Shown: one piece after another, positions 29,841 to 35,798 of the stretch
How positions within the stretch are numbered: the stretch's first letter is position 1
Layout of the letters: every line of letters begins with the position of its first letter
Assembly: GCA_947381905.1 (NCBI GenBank)
Contig: CANCXL010000008.1
Span: 2,037-66,036 of the forward strand
Length of the DNA stretch: 64,000 bases
Source of the DNA: an uncultured Clostridiaceae bacterium
GTDB taxonomy: Bacteria; Bacillota; Clostridia; TANB77; CAG-465
Direction: 5' to 3'
The notes under the pieces: generated by a model
What the model was told of the DNA's origin: nothing
Database searches by the model: none
What the model saw: only the letters and a program-made list of their open reading frames with translations
Made by a program: the position numbers and the translations under genes

Positions 29841-31592
29841 ATGAAGGTACTTTTTGGAATAGCTAATGAAGATACTGTTAAAGGAATAGTTAAATTCTAT
29901 GAAGAAAAATATCATGAAAAAATAGAATATAAAACTGCTTTGTATTTAAAGGACTTTAGAGAGAAAATTACCTCTGAAGATTTTGATAGGGCTGTATTAA
30001 GTGAAGAATTAGATAAAATGCCTACCAAGAGCTATGCTGAGGCAGACAAACTAATATTTGAATATATCGATGGAATAACAAATAACTTTGAAGGAAGAGA
30101 TTTAATCTTAATTTGTTCAGAAAGAAGAAAATTAGGAGATGCTTTCTTAGCTAAATTATTTGTTCTTGGTGTATACACAACACTTACTGGAGCAAACAGA
30201 ACTAAAGGAAAAGTTTGTGCAGCAATTAATTCACCAACAACAAAAAAGGAAGCAAGAACATATTATGGAAATAATACATCTGCAAGTAATGCATATAATG
30301 ATTCTGCAGAAGTAAGCGAATTAGAACTTAGAAAAATCATTGCATACTATAAAAATTTAAATGGAGATAAGAGCAAATATTGTGAGATATTTGATAGACT
30401 TGTTCCACAATATACTACAGAGCAGATGGTAATAATTACTAAATGTTTACCAAAAGATGTTATTGAAGTATTAGAAAAAGACAGTGAATCATATAAAAAT
30501 ATAATTGAGACAAGTAATATACAAATTCCGCAAGTTCAAACAACTCCACCACCAAAATCTGTTGTACAAGAGGCAAAAAGTAATGCAATAGAAATTAAGA
30601 ATGGAAATGAAATTGCTGAAAAAATAGTTATTAAGGAAGTCCCAAAAGAAAAGATAGTTGAAAAAGTAATAGAAAAAGAAGTTGTAAAAGAAGTACCAAA
30701 AGTTATAACACAAGTAGTAGAAAAAGAAGTTGTAAAACAATACTATGATGTCCCTAAAGATTATAGAAAAACAGTAATCTTTGTAGGTGCACCAAAGACT
30801 GGAACAACTTTTTGTATAAATGCAATTGGAACATATTTAGCAAAGCAAAAAGTAAAGACTGCTATGGTAGATATGACTAGAAAAAGGGATTTATATACTA
30901 TTTATACTTATGACAATACTGGAAAAAGAAATATTGCAGGGGATAGCTTAAGATATGCATCAAGTGGAAAGAATGAGCCATTAATTTATGATAAATTAAG
31001 CATATATACAGCTGTACCTGGAGAAGATAGAAAATCATATAATCCAAATTTACTTGTTGATACAATATCTAAAAATAATAATGTTGTATTAATAGATGCA
31101 GATTTTAGTACTCCACTTGATTACTTTAGACTTGCACAAGATATTTATATTGTTCAAGATATGAATATCTTAAATGTTAATCAAATTACATTATTTTTAA
31201 GAGAATTAAAGCAACGTGGAATTGGAATGGAAAAAGTGAAAATAATAATAAATAAGTATGTAGATTGTAGTCTATCAACTAAAGATATTATTGATGGAAT
31301 TGCAACATATACAAGTTACGATTTGAAAATGTTTGACGAGTTATTTAATCCTAAGAGAATACAATATTTTGTATTACCATTTGACGTAGATAACTATACA
31401 AAATATATAGATATGGTATATAAATATTCAAATAAATTTTCAAGTTTTACAAAGAATTTTCAAGATAATCTAAATCAAATAATAAATACAATTTATCCAA
31501 CAAAGGGCGATGTTAGTGTTGAAGAAAAACACTATACACAAGAAACAACAAGTAAGCCTAAAGGTGGATTTGGATTTTTCAAAAGAAAATAG
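29841..31592 (+). CDS. Three-part protein: receiver-like N-domain, KEV-rich repeat linker, and a MinD/ParA/CpaE-like C-domain with a degenerate P-loop
   Basis: C-domain has VIFVGAPKTGTTFCINAIGTYLA in the Walker A position (not the canonical KGGxGKT) and VVLIDADFSTP in a Walker B-like position. Linker is EKIVIKEVPKEKIVEKVIEKEVVKEVPKVITQVVEKEVVKQ. Confidence 0.55.
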   Translation: MKVLFGIANEDTVKGIVKFYEEKYHEKIEYKTALYLKDFREKITSEDFDRAVLSEELDKMPTKSYAEADKLIFEYIDGITNNFEGRDLILICSERRKLGDAFLAKLFVLGVYTTLTGANRTKGKVCAAINSPTTKKEARTYYGNNTSASNAYNDSAEVSELELRKIIAYYKNLNGDKSKYCEIFDRLVPQYTTEQMVIITKCLPKDVIEVLEKDSESYKNIIETSNIQIPQVQTTPPPKSVVQEAKSNAIEIKNGNEIAEKIVIKEVPKEKIVEKVIEKEVVKEVPKVITQVVEKEVVKQYYDVPKDYRKTVIFVGAPKTGTTFCINAIGTYLAKQKVKTAMVDMTRKRDLYTIYTYDNTGKRNIAGDSLRYASSGKNEPLIYDKLSIYTAVPGEDRKSYNPNLLVDTISKNNNVVLIDADFSTPLDYFRLAQDIYIVQDMNILNVNQITLFLRELKQRGIGMEKVKIIINKYVDCSLSTKDIIDGIATYTSYDLKMFDELFNPKRIQYFVLPFDVDNYTKYIDMVYKYSNKFSSFTKNFQDNLNQIINTIYPTKGDVSVEEKHYTQETTSKPKGGFGFFKRK

Positions 31593-31637
31593 AATGCAAT
31601 TTTTTTGAACATATATATAATAAGGAGTGTGATTGAT

Positions 31638-31883
31638 ATGGATCAAAATACTACAGTTTTTAAACCACAAAAAGATGAATCTAAAAGAGTAAAGGAAATC
31701 ATGGAGCAAGTTGTGGCTGCTCTTAAGGATAAAGGATATGAGCCAACTAGTCAAATAATTGGTTATATATTATCTGGAGATCCAACATATATAACTTCTC
31801 ATAATAATGCAAGAGCATTAATTTGTAAAATTGAAAGAGATGACTTATTACAAGAAATGATTAAAAAATATTTAGATATATAA
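31638..31883 (+). CDS. ireB: IreB/YrzL family (UPF0297) regulatory phosphoprotein
   Basis: The GYILSGDPTYITSHNNAR motif is diagnostic. ATG at 31638 follows AAGGAG (the ORF track starts earlier, at 31605). Confidence 0.85.
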   Translation: MDQNTTVFKPQKDESKRVKEIMEQVVAALKDKGYEPTSQIIGYILSGDPTYITSHNNARALICKIERDDLLQEMIKKYLDI

Positions 31884-31893
31884 TAGGTGAATC

Positions 31894-32310
31894 ATGAAGA
31901 GAATATTAGGAATAGACTATGGAGACGTAAGAGTAGGTCTTGCAATATCTGATCCGTTAGGTATTACAGCACAAGGATTAGAAACACTAGTTATAAACGG
32001 AAGTGATAAGAAGTTTATTAGTGGTATAAGAAAGCTAATGGAAGAATATGACTTTGAAGAGGTTGTTATAGGATATCCTAAAAATATGAATGGAACTAAA
32101 TCTTTAAAGACAGAAAAAGTAGATACTCTTATTCCAAAACTTGAGGAATTAGGTCTTAAGGTTCATAAATGGGATGAGAGACTTACTACCGTTTCTGCGT
32201 ATAGAACAATGAGAGAGATGAACATTTCTCAAAAGGAAAAAAATAGAGTTGCAGATAGATTTGCAGCTACATATATCTTAGAAGGATATTTAAACATGCT
32301 ATCTAAGTAG
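31894..32310 (+). CDS. ruvX: Putative pre-16S rRNA nuclease / Holliday junction resolvase-like YqgF
   Basis: ILGIDYGDVRVGLAISD N-terminus, DERLTT motif, 138 aa. Confidence 0.9.
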   Translation: MKRILGIDYGDVRVGLAISDPLGITAQGLETLVINGSDKKFISGIRKLMEEYDFEEVVIGYPKNMNGTKSLKTEKVDTLIPKLEELGLKVHKWDERLTTVSAYRTMREMNISQKEKNRVADRFAATYILEGYLNMLSK

Positions 32311-32348
32311 CATTTAAATATATAACAAACTAATAGGGAGGAATAAAA

Positions 32349-32687
32349 ATGGATGAAGAATTAGTAGGATGCTCAGGATCTTGTGGATCATGTGGCGGAT
32401 GTGGATCTTCAGATGAAGAAGCATTACCAGTTCTAGTATTAACAGATGAAAATGGTAAAGAAGTTACTTTTGAAAAACTTGATGTTGTAGTTTTAGAAGA
32501 TGGAAGATCTTTTTTAATAGTATCAGAACTTAAAGAAGACTATGAAGAAGAAGTTGAAGTTGTTATTCTTGAAATCAAAGAAGAAGATGGAGAACAAGTA
32601 TATGATACTCTTACAGATGAAGATTTATTAAAAGACGTTTATTCTAGATTTTTAAAACAACAAGGAATTGAAGAAGATGAAGAATAA
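32349..32687 (+). CDS. DUF1292 (YrzB-like) protein with a Cys/Gly-rich N-terminal extension
   Basis: Acidic protein of about 110 aa after ruvX, as in Bacillus yrzL-yrrK-yrzB synteny. N-terminus is CSGSCGSCGGCGS. Confidence 0.75.
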   Translation: MDEELVGCSGSCGSCGGCGSSDEEALPVLVLTDENGKEVTFEKLDVVVLEDGRSFLIVSELKEDYEEEVEVVILEIKEEDGEQVYDTLTDEDLLKDVYSRFLKQQGIEEDEE

Positions 32688-32693
32688 TATAAA

Positions 32694-32723
32694 ATAGAGG
32701 TAGTATAATCTACCTCTATTTTG
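32694..32723 (+). terminator. Intrinsic terminator of the ireB-ruvX-DUF1292 operon
   Basis: ATAGAGGTAG / CTACCTCTAT stem plus a T-run. Confidence 0.75.
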
Positions 32724-32783
32724 CATTTTAGTAGTATAAATATTGTATTTACAAAATAGATATAATAGTGATATAATATAGTT

Positions 32784-32869
32784 GTATATAGGGATGGAGT
32801 TTTATGGACCTATATATGTTGAGATTTTTTGTGACACAAGTCTATGAAAAGTATAGACTTGTGTTTTAT
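32784..32869 (+). ncRNA. Candidate small RNA, unit 1 (about 86 nt)
   Basis: -35 TTTACA at 32748-53 and extended -10 TGATATAAT at 32769-77. Hairpin TATATAGG (32785-92) / CCTATATA (32809-16) with loop GATGGAGTTTTATGGA. U-rich linker. Terminator ACACAAGTCTA / TAGACTTGTGT (32834-64) plus a T-run. Confidence 0.5.
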
Positions 32870-32880
32870 ATATTATTTGT

Positions 32881-32920
32881 ATAATTATGTTAAATATGAT
32901 ATAATAATAGTATGATATAT
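32881..32920 (+). promoter_or_regulatory. Conserved promoter box of small ORF A
   Basis: ataattatgttaaataTGATATAATaatagtatgatatat is nearly identical to 33911-33949 and to the reverse complement of about 51581-51620. Confidence 0.45.
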
Positions 32921-33018
32921 GTTTTATTTTTATAAAAATAATTTTTAAAAATATCTAGAGAAATTAATATTTAAGCTAGCATATACTTGCGTTAGGATCA
33001 AGATACTGGAGGAGATAA

Positions 33019-33198
33019 ATGTCACATCAAAGAAAAGGTTCTGGCGCAAACCCATGCGAAGGAATCTTAGTAATTGTTAATGAAATTTGGAAATCTTTAG
33101 ACGATTTCATAGAAGATTTACCAGAAGATGTTAATTACCAGCATTTTGAGTGGGTAACTAAAAATGCACTTAACAGAATTCGAAATTTTTTTAACTAG
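33019..33198 (+). CDS. Unannotated small protein A (59 aa: MSHQRKGSGANPCEGILVIVNEIWKSLDDFIEDLPEDVNYQHFEWVTKNALNRIRNFFN)
   Basis: One residue below the ORF-track cutoff. GGAGGAG RBS lies 5-7 nt upstream; it has its own promoter box and a downstream terminator. Confidence 0.5.
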   Translation: MSHQRKGSGANPCEGILVIVNEIWKSLDDFIEDLPEDVNYQHFEWVTKNALNRIRNFFN

Positions 33199-33218
33199 AT
33201 TTTAATTAGATTAACAAA

Positions 33219-33305
33219 GTTTAGACTTAATGTCTGCACATCATGAAAATCGATTCTAAGGCGCCCTAGAGATAATTCTTGTAAAGGCTACTTCGTAGTC
33301 TAAAC
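33219..33305 (+). other. Stem-enclosed, GC-richer 87-nt element in the 3' UTR of small ORF A
   Basis: GTTTAGACT (33219-27) pairs with AGTCTAAAC (33297-305). The interior contains AAGGCGCCCTAGAG, which is unusually GC-rich for this window. Confidence 0.35.
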
Positions 33306-33334
33306 TAAATGTTTATTTAGTAAATATTTAGTAA

Positions 33335-33365
33335 TAGCTTAAGATAAATCTTAGGCTATTTTTTG
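33335..33365 (+). terminator. Intrinsic terminator of the small ORF A transcript
   Basis: TAGCTTAAGA / TCTTAGGCTA stem (one G-U pair) plus TTTTTT. Confidence 0.65.
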
Positions 33366-33399
33366 TTGAAAACAGAATCAAATTATGCTATAATATAAT

Positions 33400-33487
33400 T
33401 GATATATAGGAAATGGGTTTTTATAGACCTATATATCTTTGATGTGACGTAAAAGGAGATTTTTTATCTCCTTTTACATTTTTTTAT
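33400..33487 (+). ncRNA. Candidate small RNA, unit 2 (variant loop and a different terminator)
   Basis: -35 TTGAAA at 33366-71, 17 nt, -10 TATAAT at 33389-94. Hairpin ATATATAGG / CCTATATAT with loop AAATGGGTTTTTATAGA. Terminator GTAAAAGGAGAT / ATCTCCTTTTAC (33449-77) plus a T-run. Confidence 0.45.
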
Positions 33488-33508
33488 ATAATATTGACGA
33501 ATTTTTGT

Positions 33509-33570
33509 CTTATATACATTGGAATTTTTTGTAGCGCAAGCCTATGAAAAGTATAGACTTGTGTTTTTGT
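33509..33570 (+). repeat. 5'-truncated copy of the sRNA unit (linker plus terminator only)
   Basis: cttatatacattggaattttttgtaGCGCAAGCCTAtgaaaagtaTAGACTTGTGTtttt aligns with the 3' two-thirds of units 1, 3 and 4. I found no convincing promoter. Confidence 0.5.
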
Positions 33571-33650
33571 ATTTAATAGCAAATATTATATAAATAAATG
33601 TATATATAATAATATTTACAAAATGAATATAATCGTGATATAATATAATT

Positions 33651-33737
33651 GTATATAGGGCTGGGGTTTTATGGACCTATATACATAATGAATTTTTTTG
33701 GCACAAGTCTATGAAAGGTATAGACTTGTGTTTTTGT
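33651..33737 (+). ncRNA. Candidate small RNA, unit 3
   Basis: -35 TTTACA at 33615-20 and TGATATAAT at 33636-44. Hairpin at 33652-59 / 33676-83 with loop GCTGGGGTTTTATGGA. Terminator GCACAAGTCTA / TAGACTTGTGT (33701-31) plus a T-run. Confidence 0.5.
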
Positions 33738-33818
33738 ATTTGATAGAAAATATTATATAAATAAATGTATAATATAATGATGTTTACAAAACAAATATAA
33801 TCATGATATAATATAGTT

Positions 33819-33902
33819 GTATATAGGGTTGGAGTTTTATGGACCTATATATAATGATTTTTATTGGCACAAGTCTATGAAAGGTATGGACTTGTGTTTT
33901 TA
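33819..33902 (+). ncRNA. Candidate small RNA, unit 4
   Basis: -35 TTTACA at 33783-88 and TGATATAAT at 33804-12. Hairpin at 33820-27 / 33844-51 with loop GTTGGAGTTTTATGGA. Terminator at 33867-77 / 33887-97 plus a T-run. Confidence 0.5.
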
Positions 33903-33910
33903 TATTTGAA

Positions 33911-33949
33911 TAATTATGTTAAATGTGATATAATAATAGTATGATATAT
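33911..33949 (+). promoter_or_regulatory. Conserved promoter box of small ORF D
   Basis: taattatgttaaatgTGATATAATaatagtatgatatat, with the -10 at 33929-34. Confidence 0.45.
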
Positions 33950-33961
33950 TATATTTTATTT

Positions 33962-33998
33962 GAGGTATAATTACTAAAAATGTAATTGTACCTTTTTT
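33962..33998 (+). promoter_or_regulatory. Leader hairpin with a U-run (attenuator-like) in the 5' UTR of small ORF D
   Basis: GAGGTATAATTAC (33962-74) pairs with GTAATTGTACC (33982-92), then TTTTTT. The same hairpin occurs in the ORF E leader (51543-51575). Confidence 0.45.
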
Positions 33999-34051
33999 AT
34001 GTAATATATAGTAATACTAGCATTAATCTTCTCCTTTTTGGAGGTGAGAAA

Positions 34052-34246
34052 ATGAACAAGAAAATTCATTGTGATGCTAGTATTACCCCAAATACTAGCA
34101 ATTATGAAGATATAGATAAGCAGTTGGATTATATTTTAGATTATGTAGATAATATTAATAAATATAGAATTAATAAAAAAATTAAGTTTAGCATATCTGA
34201 AATAGAAGACGCTGTATATAATATAAAGAATATACTAAATAAGTAA
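34052..34246 (+). CDS. Small protein D (64 aa), paralog of small protein E
   Basis: ORF track gives 33986..34246. I prefer the ATG at 34052, 7 nt after GGAGGTGAG. The C-terminus KKIKFSISEIEDAVYNIKNIL aligns with E (KKIKSYIDDIEDEIYNLKNNL). Confidence 0.6.
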   Translation: MNKKIHCDASITPNTSNYEDIDKQLDYILDYVDNINKYRINKKIKFSISEIEDAVYNIKNILNK

Positions 34247-34299
34247 TTTTTATCATCACCTCTTCCTTTCTTAGTTTATGGAAGATTTAAGCTAGTGTG

Positions 34300-34332
34300 A
34301 CAAAGCAAATTAATTTTTGCTTTGTTTTTTTG
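34300..34332 (+). terminator. Intrinsic terminator of small ORF D
   Basis: ACAAAGCAAA / TTTGCTTTGT stem plus TTTTTTT. Confidence 0.75.
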
Positions 34333-34532
34333 TAAATATACATTTTATGTTTTTTCTTCTGTTTGTCATACTCTTTTCACAAAATGGCATTATACTTATT
34401 GAGTATATAATAAATTATAATAGTTGTAACATTGTAAAACTATATGTATATGAAGATAATTTTTAGTATAAAGCTACATAATATGTTTATTTTTTTTTAG
34501 CGATATGATATAATATTTCTCGGTGATAAAAA

Positions 34533-35798
34533 ATGGAAAGCGCATATAAATTATTTAATATAAGTGAAGAATTAGAACAGATTGCAAGAAAATCTGAGGA
34601 AGAAATTAAAGAACAATTTAAAAGATTAGAGGAAAATGCATTATATAATCAAGCAAGAGTATTAAAAGCATTTCAAAGTGTACCAATAACAATGGCACAT
34701 TTTGGTAAATCTACAGGATATGGTCATGGTGACTTAGGCAGAGAAGCAATAGAGAAACTTTATGCTAATATATTTGAAACAGAAGATGCATTAGTAAGAA
34801 TACAATTTGTAAGTGGAACACATACGCTTGCAACAGCTTTAAAAGCATTGCTTAATTATGGAGATGAAATGCTTGCTATATCTGGAAGACCATACGATAC
34901 TTTATGTACTGTTATTGGTCTTGAGGAAAACGAAATGTCATTAATTAGTAGGGGAGTAAAATATTCTCAAATAGACTTAGATGATAATGATAATTTTAAA
35001 TGTGAAGATATAAAAGAGTATTTAAAAAATAATAAAGTAAAACTTATTCATATTCAAAGATCAAGAGGATATGCTGTAAGAAAAGCATTACTAATTTCAG
35101 ATATTGAAAATGTAATTAAAGAAATTAGAAGTGTAGATAAAGATGTAATTATATTTGTAGATAATTGCTATGGTGAGTTTACAGAAACTAAAGAACCTAC
35201 AGCAGTTGGAGCAGATATTTGTTGTGGAAGCTTAATAAAGAATGCTGGAGCAGGGCTTTGTGAAATGGGAGGATATGTTGTTGGTAAAGAAAAACTTATA
35301 GAAAAAGTAACTCAAGAGTTATATTGTCCAGGATTAGATAAGGATCATGGCTCAACACTTGGTCAAAACCAAAATATTATTCAAGGATTATTTATGGCAC
35401 CAACAGTTGTAGAATCTGCATTAAAAGCAATGACATTTGCATCTAAATTACTTGAAAATTTAGGATATAATGTATTTCCTACATCAACAGATATAAGAAG
35501 CGATATAGTACAAATAATCAACTTTGGAGATAAGGACAAACTTATTAAATTTATTCAAGGAATACAATATGCATCTCCTGTAGATAGTAATGTTATACCA
35601 ATGCCATGGAGCATGGCAGGCTATGCAGATGAAGTAATAATGGCAGCTGGTACATTCATGGAAGGAGCATCTATTGAGCTATCTGCAGATTCTCCAATGA
35701 GAGAGCCATACGCAGCATATATGCAAGGTGGTTTATCATATGAATCAGCAAAACTTGCAATTTTAATTGCTACTCAAAAAATGTTAGGAGATAAATAA
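34533..35798 (+). CDS. YnbB-type PLP-dependent enzyme (methionine gamma-lyase / aluminium-resistance family)
   Basis: About 420 aa. The N-terminal helical region and the internal SLIKNAGAG segment fit my memory of this family. Confidence 0.7.
   Translation: MESAYKLFNISEELEQIARKSEEEIKEQFKRLEENALYNQARVLKAFQSVPITMAHFGKSTGYGHGDLGREAIEKLYANIFETEDALVRIQFVSGTHTLATALKALLNYGDEMLAISGRPYDTLCTVIGLEENEMSLISRGVKYSQIDLDDNDNFKCEDIKEYLKNNKVKLIHIQRSRGYAVRKALLISDIENVIKEIRSVDKDVIIFVDNCYGEFTETKEPTAVGADICCGSLIKNAGAGLCEMGGYVVGKEKLIEKVTQELYCPGLDKDHGSTLGQNQNIIQGLFMAPTVVESALKAMTFASKLLENLGYNVFPTSTDIRSDIVQIINFGDKDKLIKFIQGIQYASPVDSNVIPMPWSMAGYADEVIMAAGTFMEGASIELSADSPMREPYAAYMQGGLSYESAKLAILIATQKMLGDK

Noticed and set aside
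30489-30740. Minus-strand ORF with an F/Y/N-rich repetitive translation
   Set aside because: It is the mirror image of the KEV-rich repeat linker of the 583-aa + strand protein, so it is not an independent gene.
32796-32880. Short peptide ORFs inside the sRNA units (for example MEFYGPIYVEIFCDTSL in unit 1)
   Set aside because: The frames and lengths are not conserved between units. Unit 3 stops after 5 codons, unit 2 has ATA in place of the ATG, and indels shift the frames.
32741-33905. CRISPR array or type III toxin-antitoxin (ToxI-like) repeat array
   Set aside because: The repeat period is about 167 bp, not 28-37 bp repeats with unique spacers. Each unit has its own promoter and terminator. 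There are no cas genes or toxN/abiE-type genes nearby.
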